Shown here: positions 35,522 through 45,435 of the stretch, piece after piece
Position numbering within the stretch: the first letter of the stretch is position 1
How the letters are laid out: each line of letters begins with the position of its first letter
Source of the DNA: Myxococcota bacterium
Lineage (GTDB): Bacteria; Myxococcota_A; SURF-8
Assembly (NCBI GenBank): GCA_963674735.2
Contig: CAXXQS010000002.1
Coordinates: 288,001-352,000, forward strand
Direction: 5' to 3'
Length of the DNA stretch: 64,000 nucleotides
The notes under the pieces: model-generated
Seen by the model: the letters and a program-made list of their open reading frames with translations, nothing else
Database searches by the model: none
What the model was told of the DNA's origin: nothing
Translations under genes and position numbers: made by a program

Positions 35522-36301
35522 TCAGCGGCGCGCCAGGAGATTGACCACCGCTTCGGGTTGACGCAAGTAGGCCGGAATGGGCGGTTCACCACTGTCACCG
35601 CAGGCCAGACGTGCCAGCAGACGTCGCCCCAGAATTTCGGCGTGCGGATGCACGAAAGCATCGTCGGCCAAAATGGTCCAGGCGGCGCGCGTCGGTTCGC
35701 GTTGCATGGCCGCCTCGATTTCGGCGCGATACGCCAGCGCCCCTTCTCCCACCAGCGCCAACGGACGACCGGCCTGCTGCGGGTCCAGCTCGTTGCAGAC
35801 TTCCGCGCTTCGTTCCAACCATTCGGAAAGCGGCATGACCGTCGGTTCGATGAAAAAGGGGTTAAGCGGGTCGTCCAGGCGACACAGGGCGGCATACACC
35901 TCGCCTTTGCGCGCATCCATCAAGGGCATGGCCCATTCGTAAGCCGGGGAACCGTCGGCGCGCGCGGCATTGCCGGCCAGCGTTTCGAGCGTGGAGAGGG
36001 CGTAAAGCGGCACCGAACGGGCGAAGGCCAACCCGGCGGCGGAGGCCAGTCCGATACGCACCGAGGTGAAGCTGCCGGGCCCGCGTGTGGTTCCCACGGC
36101 GGAGACGTCGGTCATGGTCAGCCCGGCGCGCGTCAGGACGCTTTTCACCATGGGCAACAGCGTTTCACTGTGATGGCGCTTGGGATCGTGTAAAAAATCC
36201 GCCGCCGCGCAATCGCCATCTTGAAAAACGGCCACCGACACACAGCGGGTGGAGGCTTCGAGCGCCAGAAAAACGGTCGGGATGGACATGGCGGCGCTCA
36301 T
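35522..36301 (-). CDS. tsaB: tRNA threonylcarbamoyladenosine biosynthesis protein TsaB
   Basis: LALEAS, HSETLLP, GPGSFTSVRIG, DARKGEVY, PAYLR; ATGA overlap with the rseP stop. Confidence 0.93.
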   Translation of the reverse strand: MSAAMSIPTVFLALEASTRCVSVAVFQDGDCAAADFLHDPKRHHSETLLPMVKSVLTRAGLTMTDVSAVGTTRGPGSFTSVRIGLASAAGLAFARSVPLYALSTLETLAGNAARADGSPAYEWAMPLMDARKGEVYAALCRLDDPLNPFFIEPTVMPLSEWLERSAEVCNELDPQQAGRPLALVGEGALAYRAEIEAAMQREPTRAAWTILADDAFVHPHAEILGRRLLARLACGDSGEPPIPAYLRQPEAVVNLLARR

Positions 36302-38229
36302 CCGAAAATGCGGTCCCAATAGCGTTCCAGGTCGTTTTTGAACACCAGGGCCATCAAGGTCATCAACATGGCGAAGCCTACCATCAGGGCACGTTCCTTG
36401 AGCTTTTGATTCAGCGGACGGCGCGTGATCGCCTCGATGGTGAAGAACATCAGGTGCCCGCCGTCGAGCACCGGGATGGGCAGCAGGTTCAAAAGACCCA
36501 GGTTGATCGAAATCATGGCCATGATCCACAGGTAGCTCTGCCAGCCGCGTTCGGCGGCGCGCCCGGCCACATCGAAAATCATGATCGGACCGCCCAGCAT
36601 CTTGAGCGCAATGTCGCCCGAGAACAGCTTGACGAACACCCGGATTTCCATCAGCGTGATTTCCATCAAGGTACTGGTGGACGCACTCACCGCGAAAGCG
36701 AAGCGGCCGCGAATGGGAATGCGCTCGCCATCCAGCCAGTCGCCGGACGAAATCGCCGGAAACGCGCCGAAGCGGTAGCGCGTGACATCCTCGTTCATTT
36801 CGCCCTTCACCACCTCCTTGACTTGCGAAACGACCACCTCGCGGGTCTGGCCGTCACGCAACAACGTAAAGGTGATGGGCGCCTCGCGCTTTTCGCGCAA
36901 CACCAGCTCCAGCGACAGCCAGGCCGAAATGCGGCGGCCATCCACCGCCAGCACCACATCACCCGACTGGAAGCCCGCCAAAGCGGCGGGGGAGCCTTCA
37001 TCCAGTTTTTTCACGATGACATCGGCCGAGTACAAACCGCTGACAAAGCCCATCCCGTCGGGACTCGGCTTGGGAACGAGTTTTACCTGGCGCGTCGTCG
37101 TCTCGCCCGCTTCGTTGCGCCGCTCCAGATCGAGCAGCAAGGCCCGCCCCGACTCGTGCACTTCAGCCAGCAACCGGTCGAGTTCCCAGATGTAGCGGAT
37201 CGGCTGACCATTGACCGCCGTCAATCGGTCGCCCAACCGCACCCCGGCCTTGGCGGCGGGCGAGGCGCTTCCGTCGGGACCAACGATGGCCGGAATGGTG
37301 CTCGACGTGATGCCGATGCGCCCCTGGCTGACTTCGTCGCCGATCATGTTGCGGAAGGTCGACAGATCGGGCGTGATGCTGCGGGTGAAAGTCTGGCCGT
37401 CGCGTTCGACGGTCAACGCGAGGTTCTCGCCGCCGCGCTCGGCGATCAGTTCGGCCATGTCGGACCAATATTGCGTCTCCCGGCCGTCCACCGCCATAAT
37501 GAGATCGCCCGGCTGAAGACCCGCTCTTTCACTCGGCGAGTCCGCCAGCACCTGCCCGATGCGGGTGGAGGGCAGATCCGTAATCGCCATAAAATAGACG
37601 AAATAAATCAAGCCGGGAAACAGCAGGGAGGCCAGCGGACCGGCCAGTACGACCAAAAATCGCTGCCACACCGGCTTCTGGAAAAAGGCGTGTTTAATCA
37701 ACTCGGGGTGATCGCCCACCGACAAACCGAGGTCGGGGAATTCCATGCCACCGGAGCGTCCGTTGGCCTGTTCGGGCAATTCCATCCCCACCGCCGGATC
37801 GTCCAACGGGATGGAGAAAGCCAGGGTTTGGCCCTCGCGCTCGATCTCCATGGAAATCGGACGCAGCGGCACATCCTCCAGCAGATCCTGCACGTCGGTC
37901 CAGTTCTCGACCGGCTGTCCCTGCACCTTGAGAATCAGGTCGTTTCGCCGCAACCCGGCCAGATAAGCGGGCTCGGCGGCTTCCACGTTCAGAACGCCCG
38001 GCGGAATCGGCTCGGACGATTCCTGGGCCAGCAGTTTGACATACCCGCCCAGCGGAATGGCCGAAATGGCATATTCCGTCTCGCCGAAGGTGAACTTCAC
38101 GAGGCGTGGACCGAAGCCGATGGAAAAACGGATCACCTTGACGCCGGTGAGCTTGGCCACCACGAAATGGCCCATTTCATGCGCCAGCACCAAGATGCCG
38201 AGTAAGAGCAATGCCCAGAAAAACCACAT
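36298..38229 (-). CDS. rseP: RIP metalloprotease RseP with four PDZ-like domains
   Basis: HEMGH, FSIGFGP, PLGGYVK, NLLPIPVLDGG; follows dxr. Confidence 0.93.
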   Translation of the reverse strand: MWFFWALLLLGILVLAHEMGHFVVAKLTGVKVIRFSIGFGPRLVKFTFGETEYAISAIPLGGYVKLLAQESSEPIPPGVLNVEAAEPAYLAGLRRNDLILKVQGQPVENWTDVQDLLEDVPLRPISMEIEREGQTLAFSIPLDDPAVGMELPEQANGRSGGMEFPDLGLSVGDHPELIKHAFFQKPVWQRFLVVLAGPLASLLFPGLIYFVYFMAITDLPSTRIGQVLADSPSERAGLQPGDLIMAVDGRETQYWSDMAELIAERGGENLALTVERDGQTFTRSITPDLSTFRNMIGDEVSQGRIGITSSTIPAIVGPDGSASPAAKAGVRLGDRLTAVNGQPIRYIWELDRLLAEVHESGRALLLDLERRNEAGETTTRQVKLVPKPSPDGMGFVSGLYSADVIVKKLDEGSPAALAGFQSGDVVLAVDGRRISAWLSLELVLREKREAPITFTLLRDGQTREVVVSQVKEVVKGEMNEDVTRYRFGAFPAISSGDWLDGERIPIRGRFAFAVSASTSTLMEITLMEIRVFVKLFSGDIALKMLGGPIMIFDVAGRAAERGWQSYLWIMAMISINLGLLNLLPIPVLDGGHLMFFTIEAITRRPLNQKLKERALMVGFAMLMTLMALVFKNDLERYWDRIFG

Positions 38230-38252
38230 ATTAATCGATCTCCTCGCAATCG

Positions 38253-39425
38253 TTAGCGGGAACGAATCACCCGTACAGCTTCCCGTCGCGCCCAAGCGTC
38301 GATGGCCCGAACGTCGGCCAGGCTGTCCGCCCCTTCCCCCAGCCGCGCCGCCACGGCGCGCCGCAAGACCTCTCCATTAGTAGAGGCGATTCGGGTAAAA
38401 GGCAAGTTTCCATTGAGAAATTCCGCCACGCTCACCTCGTTGGCGGCGTTGAGGGCGGCCGGATAACCCGCCCCGGCCTCAAGGGCGTCGTAGGCGAGCC
38501 ACAGACACTTATATCGACTCGCTTCAGGCTCGAAAAATTCCCAGGTTCCAAGGGTTTGCGCCGGAAACGGCAGCAGGCCGGGCAGGCGCTCGGGATAGCT
38601 GAGCGCATAGCCGATGGGTCCGCGCATGTCGGGCGCACCCGCCTGAGCCAACAAGGCCCCGTCGCTCAGCGCCACCAACGAATGAACGACGCTCTGCGGA
38701 TGAATACGCACCTCGATGCGCTCGGCCGGCCAGTCGAACAGCCAGCGCGCCTCGATGACCTCCAACCCTTTGTTCATCAACGTGGCGGAATCCACCGAGA
38801 TTTTCGGACCCATCGTCCACGTGGGATGGGCAACGGCTTCCTGCGGGGTGACGGACTCCAGCGTGTCGAGGGGACGTGTCCGCAGCGGTCCGCCCGAAGC
38901 GGTGAGGATCAGACGATCGATCTGCTCGCGCGCAACCCCTTGCAAACACTGAAATATCGCCGAGTGTTCCGAGTCTACCGGAATGATTTCAGCCTGATAA
39001 CGCGCCGCCGTGGCCATCACCAGCGCTCCGGCGGCCGCCAGAGATTCCTTATTGGCCAGCGCCACCCGCTTCCCCGCCGCACAGGCTGCCAGCGTGGGAG
39101 CCAAACCGGCAAACCCGACGATGGCCGACAACACCACGTCGGTCCGAGGATCCGCCGCAACCGCGCACACGCCCTCTTCCCCGCTCATAATTTCCGGGGC
39201 GTCGTCGCCGAGACGCGTGCGCAACCGGTCGGCCGCCTGCGGGTCGGCCAGCGCCGCGCAGACGGGCCGGTGAGTCCGAATCTGCTCCGCCAGCGCCGCC
39301 TCATCGGAACCCGCCGCCAATGCGACGACCTCGATACGCTCGGGATAACGGGCCGCGACGTCCAGGGCCTGGCGACCGATGGAACCGGTGCTGCCCAAAA
39401 TGGCGACGCGGACGGGAGCGGTCAT
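38253..39425 (-). CDS. dxr: 1-deoxy-D-xylulose-5-phosphate reductoisomerase
   Basis: LGSTGSIG, LANKE, PVDSEH, HPTWTMGPKISVDSATLMNKGLE. Confidence 0.97.
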   Translation of the reverse strand: MTAPVRVAILGSTGSIGRQALDVAARYPERIEVVALAAGSDEAALAEQIRTHRPVCAALADPQAADRLRTRLGDDAPEIMSGEEGVCAVAADPRTDVVLSAIVGFAGLAPTLAACAAGKRVALANKESLAAAGALVMATAARYQAEIIPVDSEHSAIFQCLQGVAREQIDRLILTASGGPLRTRPLDTLESVTPQEAVAHPTWTMGPKISVDSATLMNKGLEVIEARWLFDWPAERIEVRIHPQSVVHSLVALSDGALLAQAGAPDMRGPIGYALSYPERLPGLLPFPAQTLGTWEFFEPEASRYKCLWLAYDALEAGAGYPAALNAANEVSVAEFLNGNLPFTRIASTNGEVLRRAVAARLGEGADSLADVRAIDAWARREAVRVIRSR

Positions 39426-41752
39426 GGACGATCATCCTTCGGCGGAGACGGCGGAGACGGCGGGAAGATCGCGAAGCCGCTGGGAAGGCGATCCGCCAGA
39501 TGCTTGGGCTTTTCTTTGGGACTCATCAGCCACAGGCAGGCGGGCAGATAGATCATGGTTCCCACCAGCGAGAAGATCACCGCCGCCGAGGTCAGCAGCC
39601 CGAAGTGTTTGATGGGGGGAAAATTGGAGAAACCGAAGCTGATGAAACCCGCCACGATCACGACCGTACTGACCACGATGGCGCGTCCGGTGACGATCAG
39701 CGAATACTGCAGCGAGTCTTCCAGGTCGGCCTTGGCATCGAGTTTTTCCATGAAATGCTGGAAGAAATGGATGGTGGCATCCACCGAAATACCCAATACC
39801 ACGGCGGCAATCATGATGGACCCGATATCGAGCTTGATGGACGCGAAGGTCATCAAGGTATACATGAGCAGGATGGCGAACAGGGAAGGCAAGAGCGAAA
39901 TCAGGGCATAGGTGATGCGCCGGATCACGACCACGAAAACGAAAAAGACCACGATCAGCGTGCTGCCGAAACTGGAGAGCAGCGTGTCGAGCAGGTAGAC
40001 GGTAATCTGGGAGGTCAGCGGAGCCATGCCGGTGAGCGTGAGTTGGACGTTTTCGAAGTCGGGGTTGGCCTCCACGAAATTCGACCAGACCCGGTTGAAC
40101 ATCTGGTTGAGCCGGGTGAACACGTGGAAGTCCACGCTTTTGGTAATCGCCGAAATACGCAGGGCATCGAATTCGGGCGACACGAAGTTGTTCCACATAT
40201 CCTGTTGCGACACCGCCATGATGTACTTGGAAATGGCGAAGTTGCTCTTCGGGAAATCGTCCTGCCCGTTCTCGATGAAGTTGGCCATGCGCAACATGGT
40301 GCTGGCCGACAACAGGCTCTGGACGTCGGGGGAGAGATTGACGGTGTGCTCGAAGGCCTGCAGACGGCGCAAGGAGTCGGGATTGCTGAACTGGCCTTTC
40401 TCGCCCTTGAGCATGACTTCCATGCTCAACAGCCCCATCAGGTTGTTCTCGACCCACACGGTGTCCTGATAGAGACGGTTTTCCTTGTCGAGATAGTTGA
40501 GCGTGTTGGTTTCGAACTGCATGCTGAAGAAGGAATGCAGCGCGAAGGCTCCCACCAGGGTCATGCTGAGCACCAGGCTTTTGCGCCACCAGTAGGTGTA
40601 GGTGGGAATACCCGCCAGGATGGGATCGAACATCTGCAGACCGACTTTGCTGTCCTGCTGGCCGGTGGGCGGCTTCAGCAGATCCATCAGCACCGGGAAG
40701 AGCGTGAAGCTGACGATGTAGCTGATGACCAGCCCGGCCGCCACGAACAAGCCCAGGTCGCGCACCGGCGTGACCGGCGAAAAGGCGAAGGAACCGAAAC
40801 CCACCGAGGTGGTGAACACCGAGTACCAGCAGGCGCGCCACTTGTGGGTCAAAACATCGGTGAGGTGTTCGCGGGTGGAAAGCTCGACGGGCTTGCGCAC
40901 GTACCCCGAGTACAGATGCACCACCGTCTCGATACTCACCACCATGACCATGGCGGGCAAGATACCCGAGACGAGCGTCAGCACCGACCCCGAGAGTTCC
41001 ACCATGGCGATGCAGAAGGCGATGGAGACCAGCATGGCGATCAACACCGCCAAAACGCCACGGAAGCTGCGGTATAGAAACCAGATAAAGCCCATGGAGA
41101 ACAACAACAGGATGGGCATGAAGATCAGGCCGATCTCGAAATTGGAGCGGTCGAACTCGTAATTGATGTAGGGCTGCCCCACCTTGCGCACGGCGATAAA
41201 GGGCGAATCGGAACTGTTTTCAAAGGGATCGAGAATGGCGTTGCAGGTTTCCACCACTTCGGTGCGCTGGGCCGGAGTTTTGGTTTTGAGTTGCAGGATG
41301 ATGGTGAAGGAGCGGTCGGGCAGCACCAGGCCCTGGTAGTTGAAAAAGGGCGTGGATAAGGTGAAATTGCGAAACTTTTCGCGCCAGCTCGGTTCGTGGG
41401 GATTGAACAGGGGCTGAATCTCGCGATACAGCGAAATCATCGAGCGCGAGTGAGCCAGGTAGGGTACCTTCTGCATCTGGCGCTCGATTTCGTCCACGGA
41501 CGTGAGGAAGCGCTCGGAATAGATGTCCTTGCCTTCCAGCGCGAACAGGATGAATTCGTCGGAGCCGAACACGCGCCGGAATTCCTCGAAGACCTCGCGC
41601 CCCTCGTCGCCGGGCACCACCATGCGGTCGAGCGAGTTGTCGGTCTGCACGCGCGCGGCGAAAATGGCGGCGGGAATCAGGAGCGCCACATACAAGCCCA
41701 AGACCACCCAGCGGTATTTGAACATGTTCGCGAAGAGACCTCGGACCATCAC
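39422..41752 (-). CDS. MMPL/RND family transporter
   Basis: Two repeats of TM, large loop, 5 TM; LGISVDATIHF, TTSVGFGSF. Confidence 0.88.
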   Translation of the reverse strand: MMVRGLFANMFKYRWVVLGLYVALLIPAAIFAARVQTDNSLDRMVVPGDEGREVFEEFRRVFGSDEFILFALEGKDIYSERFLTSVDEIERQMQKVPYLAHSRSMISLYREIQPLFNPHEPSWREKFRNFTLSTPFFNYQGLVLPDRSFTIILQLKTKTPAQRTEVVETCNAILDPFENSSDSPFIAVRKVGQPYINYEFDRSNFEIGLIFMPILLLFSMGFIWFLYRSFRGVLAVLIAMLVSIAFCIAMVELSGSVLTLVSGILPAMVMVVSIETVVHLYSGYVRKPVELSTREHLTDVLTHKWRACWYSVFTTSVGFGSFAFSPVTPVRDLGLFVAAGLVISYIVSFTLFPVLMDLLKPPTGQQDSKVGLQMFDPILAGIPTYTYWWRKSLVLSMTLVGAFALHSFFSMQFETNTLNYLDKENRLYQDTVWVENNLMGLLSMEVMLKGEKGQFSNPDSLRRLQAFEHTVNLSPDVQSLLSASTMLRMANFIENGQDDFPKSNFAISKYIMAVSQQDMWNNFVSPEFDALRISAITKSVDFHVFTRLNQMFNRVWSNFVEANPDFENVQLTLTGMAPLTSQITVYLLDTLLSSFGSTLIVVFFVFVVVIRRITYALISLLPSLFAILLMYTLMTFASIKLDIGSIMIAAVVLGISVDATIHFFQHFMEKLDAKADLEDSLQYSLIVTGRAIVVSTVVIVAGFISFGFSNFPPIKHFGLLTSAAVIFSLVGTMIYLPACLWLMSPKEKPKHLADRLPSGFAIFPPSPPSPPKDDRP

Positions 41753-42014
41753 ACCCTTCCTTCCCTATGATGCACCCCAAGCTAGCCAAGCCGGGGCCTG
41801 AAAGCAACCCTTTTTCGATGAACACCGGCCACGGGCCGAGTTGTCACCGCGCGAACCTATCAAACGAATGACACGTCAGTCTAGTCTTTTTTTCAGGAAG
41901 AAAGCCGCTTCGGCGAGGCAAAGGGAAAATGATGATGCCGTGAGCGGGTGGCCGAATTACCATAGAAGTGGGATGGGCAAGTGCTTTGCCATCATTTTCT
42001 TTGTTAGAGCAGGG

Positions 42015-42091
42015 GTAGGATGGGCAACTTGTTGCCCATCTTCCAGGAGTTAAGTCTGATATCGCGATGGGCAACAAGTTGCCCATCCTAC
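42015..42091. repeat. Intact REP-A doublet (REPIN); empty IS110 target
   Basis: GTAGGATGGGCAACTTGTTGCCCATC, 25-nt spacer, exact inverted copy; degenerate third unit at 41968-41993. Confidence 0.93.
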
Positions 42092-42153
42092 TTTTCTATA
42101 AACAAAAAATCACTATATTCATTAATTATTTAGTGTTTATCATGTATTTTTTA

Positions 42154-42182
42154 TTGACATTCATGCTTATGATGCCTATATT
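42154..42182 (+). promoter_or_regulatory. Sigma70-type promoter
   Basis: TTGACA-17 nt-TATATT upstream of AGGAGG RBS and ATG 42228. Confidence 0.65.
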
Positions 42183-42227
42183 GGATTCAAGCGACCGGCT
42201 GGATCTCCAAAAAGGAGGCATTTTGCC

Positions 42228-42779
42228 ATGAATCAGAATTCACTGTTGACCAAACTGGAAAAAGGACTCCGCGTTTTATCGGGATTGGCTTTGCTCCTGA
42301 TCCTGTTTCAAGGGCTCGGCGTCCTCATGTATGTTCTGACCCTCTGGCCCGAAATGAGAGAGGTGCCATCAACGGGAGTCACCATTTTAGGGATCCTGGC
42401 TGTTACGGCCGCTCTCGTGAGATCCGTACTGTGGATACGGATCTACTGGAACGGCGCCGAGGTCATGTCCACCTTACGCAAGCACGGAGAATCGACCGAA
42501 TTACCGGACAGAATGGTCCCGATTCTCACGACACTAACACGACTGCTGGTCACAAGCTGCATCCTCGACATTCTTTTGCTTCCGGCCATCTTTCTGATGG
42601 ACACGTTCTTTCCCTTCAAAATTTCGAGTGTGCAACTTGGATTGGTCCAGTTGGCCATCCTGCTGTTACCCCAGGCTTTCGGTCTGGCTGCGCTTATCCT
42701 GGCTTACCTGGCCCACCAATATGGTCGGCTCATGAAGGAACGCTGCCAAATGAAAGAAGAACTGGAACTCACCGTTTAA
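42228..42779 (+). CDS. Four-TM membrane protein (DUF2975-like)
   Basis: Four hydrophobic segments, C-terminal MKEELELTV, paired with a small HTH gene. Confidence 0.75.
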   Translation: MNQNSLLTKLEKGLRVLSGLALLLILFQGLGVLMYVLTLWPEMREVPSTGVTILGILAVTAALVRSVLWIRIYWNGAEVMSTLRKHGESTELPDRMVPILTTLTRLLVTSCILDILLLPAIFLMDTFFPFKISSVQLGLVQLAILLLPQAFGLAALILAYLAHQYGRLMKERCQMKEELELTV

Positions 42780-42789
42780 GGGTAATATC

Positions 42790-42999
42790 ATGCCAATCGT
42801 CGTCAACCTTGACGTGATGCTCGCCAAACGCAAGATGAAGCTCAGCGAGCTCTCGGAAATCGTCGGTATCTCAATACAAAATCTTTCCATCCTCAAAACC
42901 GGCAAGGCCAAAGCCATACGCTTTTCCACTCTCGAAGCGCTATGCCGCGCCCTGTCGTGCACCCCTGGCGATCTTCTGGAATATCAATCGAAGGAATAG
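42790..42999 (+). CDS. Cro/C1-type HTH transcriptional regulator (YozG-like)
   Basis: MPIVVNLDVMLAKRKM...NLSILKTGKAKAIRFSTLEALC...PGDLLEY. Confidence 0.92.
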   Translation: MPIVVNLDVMLAKRKMKLSELSEIVGISIQNLSILKTGKAKAIRFSTLEALCRALSCTPGDLLEYQSKE

Positions 43000-43105
43000 A
43001 ACGGCATGTGCCTTTCCCGGTTCGTGGCGGATGTGGAGCTTGGATAAACGAGGCGGGCTGGTGGGCGAGCTATCGCCAGATGATAACCGACATCGATCCA
43101 ACGTG

Positions 43106-43852
43106 TCAGCGCGAGCGTTCGACACCGACGCGTCGGCAGTGCGGCGCGAGGCGGCAGCGGCTGCACCAGGGGGAGATGGGAACGCACAGGTTCTGGCCGT
43201 AGGCCACCAGCCAGTCGTTGATGGGAATCCAGTAGCGCTCGGGCAGGATATCCCGCAGCACCTGCTCGGTTTCGTCGGGCGTTTTCGTTTCGACGTAGCC
43301 CCAGCGGTTGGTGATGCGGTGCACGTGCGTATCGACACAGATCCCCGGCAACGCGAAGCCCAGGGTGCGCACCAGGTTGGCCGTCTTGCGGCCCACACCG
43401 GGAAAGCCGACCAGCGTCTCGATTTCGGTGGGCACGCGCCCTTCGAAATCCGCCACCAGCCGCGCGCAGACCGCCAGAATATTTTTCGCCTTGGTTTTGT
43501 AAAACCCGGCCGGATAGATGGCCGCGGCGATGTCGTCTTCCGCAAGCTTCAGCATGGCGGCGGGCGTATCGGCCAAGTCGTAGAGACGCTCGGAAGCCGT
43601 CCGCGTGACGTCGTCTTTGGTGCGCAGGGAAATCATGGTGGAGATCAGCACCTTGAAAGGGTCGCGGCGCGTCTGGATCTGTTCGGTGACCAGGGGCAGG
43701 CGGTAGGCACGGCAGGCCTCGTCGAGCAGGGCGGCGACGTCATCGATAGGGAAATCGGCATGCCCGCGCGGACGAACGAGAGCTTTTTTGCGCGACTTGG
43801 CGGCTTTCGGCTTCCGGCCCGCCGGGGGCTTCTTCGCCGCCTTCACGCTCAC
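43106..43852 (-). CDS. nth: Endonuclease III
   Basis: PGVGRKTANLV, VDTHVHRI, C-x6-C-x2-C-x5-C. Confidence 0.93.
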   Translation of the reverse strand: MSVKAAKKPPAGRKPKAAKSRKKALVRPRGHADFPIDDVAALLDEACRAYRLPLVTEQIQTRRDPFKVLISTMISLRTKDDVTRTASERLYDLADTPAAMLKLAEDDIAAAIYPAGFYKTKAKNILAVCARLVADFEGRVPTEIETLVGFPGVGRKTANLVRTLGFALPGICVDTHVHRITNRWGYVETKTPDETEQVLRDILPERYWIPINDWLVAYGQNLCVPISPWCSRCRLAPHCRRVGVERSR

Positions 43853-44871
43853 GCCTTTTTCAGGGCTTTATAACTGCGCCGCACCGTCGCCATGCGACGC
43901 ACACCGGCTTTGCCGTGCAGCATGTCGAGGGCGAAGAACACCGCACCCAAAACCGGATCGTCCTTGAGCTTCACCACCTTCGCATTGGGATAGCGGCGCG
44001 CCAGTCCGGCGCGGATCATCTCTTCGTAAACCGCCGGTTTGGACTTCTGCAGGATGGAGCCGCCCAGCACCACCGGGATGACATCGTCTTTTTTGAACAG
44101 GCGGCGGCAGGCGGTGAGGGTGTTGAGCGTCAGTTCCTTGCCCACGCTTTTCAAAATGCCCTGCGCGACACGGTCGCCTGCGGCGGCGCATTCGAACACC
44201 AGCGGGGCGAACGCGCCGATTTCCACCGGGCGGTAGTCGTCCAGATAGAAAAAGGCGATGATGTCCACCAAGTCGGTCAATCCCAGCGCTCGGCACAGAC
44301 GGTCGTACAGCATCGTTTGCGGACCGCGTCCGTCGTAGGCGCGCATGGCGGCGATGATGGCCCGCTCGACCAGATCTTCGCCGCTGCCCGAATCGCCGGT
44401 GAAGCGTCCCAGCCCGCCGACCTTGGCCTGCTTGCCCTCGGCGTTGAAGCCGATGCAGTTGGAACCGGTGCCGCAGATGAGCGCTACGCCCACGCCGTCG
44501 GAAGTTCCGGCGCGCAGGGCGATGGTGGTATCGTTGGCCAGCAGCCAGTGACCCGCCGGATTGTGGGGCAACACGTATTCGGACACGGTATCGAAGTCCG
44601 CCTCGCGGTCGGCCCCGGAAACACCGTAAGCGCCGGTGGCCACCTGATCGGCCGAAATTCCGGCCTGCTTCAAGGCCTGGACGATGGCTTTTTCGACCTC
44701 CTGCCCGGCCGCGCCCACTCCCACACCCTGGAAATTGGTAGCGCCGGAATCCCCCACGCCGACGACCGTGCCGTCGGCTTGCGCGATCACGCAGATCGAT
44801 TTGGTTCCGCCGCCGTCGAATCCCAACACATACTCACCCTGGACGGGCGTCGCACTTTGCTTTTTTTTCAT
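43849..44871 (-). CDS. BadF/BadG/BcrA/BcrD (N-acetylglucosamine kinase-like) sugar kinase
   Basis: GFDGGGTKS, ND, ICGTGSN, GDSGSG. Confidence 0.88.
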   Translation of the reverse strand: MKKKQSATPVQGEYVLGFDGGGTKSICVIAQADGTVVGVGDSGATNFQGVGVGAAGQEVEKAIVQALKQAGISADQVATGAYGVSGADREADFDTVSEYVLPHNPAGHWLLANDTTIALRAGTSDGVGVALICGTGSNCIGFNAEGKQAKVGGLGRFTGDSGSGEDLVERAIIAAMRAYDGRGPQTMLYDRLCRALGLTDLVDIIAFFYLDDYRPVEIGAFAPLVFECAAAGDRVAQGILKSVGKELTLNTLTACRRLFKKDDVIPVVLGGSILQKSKPAVYEEMIRAGLARRYPNAKVVKLKDDPVLGAVFFALDMLHGKAGVRRMATVRRSYKALKKA

Positions 44872-44876
44872 GTTTT

Positions 44877-45359
44877 TCAGACAACTTCCAAGATCAGTTC
44901 GTCGTTGGCATAAACCCCTTCACCCTCCACATAAGCCATCCCGTCGTGGTTGGTGGCTAAATAGGTGATCAAGGCGTCGGTCAAGGTGCGGCCGTCGTCG
45001 CCGAAATCCTCCAAAACGGGGAGGGTGATGACGAAGGTCGCGGATTTCATGTGCTTGATGACACGACCGGCATCGCCCGTGTCGATCTCTTCGGCCAACT
45101 CAAGCAATTCATCCCGCATTTCGGCGAATTCGTCCCCCTCGTCGTCGCGCCAGCACTCCATCACGATCGGTTCCGGTTCCGAATTGAGCAGCAGGTTGGT
45201 CTCGTTCCAACTGGGGTTGGCGGCCTCGAAGCTTTCGTCGTCCTCTTCCTCTTCTTCATCGGGCCGCACATCGAAGCCCTCCTCGGAGAAAAAGACAAGC
45301 AGATCCTTGATCGTGGGGGGTGGGTCTTCGCGGCAAAATATCCGAACATGCTCAGCCAT
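44877..45359 (-). CDS. Acidic hypothetical protein
   Basis: 160-aa ORF with GGGAG RBS, co-oriented in the operon, very Asp/Glu-rich. Confidence 0.75.
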   Translation of the reverse strand: MAEHVRIFCREDPPPTIKDLLVFFSEEGFDVRPDEEEEEDDESFEAANPSWNETNLLLNSEPEPIVMECWRDDEGDEFAEMRDELLELAEEIDTGDAGRVIKHMKSATFVITLPVLEDFGDDGRTLTDALITYLATNHDGMAYVEGEGVYANDELILEVV

Positions 45360-45435
45360 GGTCTCCCTCTTGATGATACGAGTCGCCTTTCATTCCGCTC
45401 CGGACATACCGGCGCGGCGTGAAGGTTTGGTTTCG

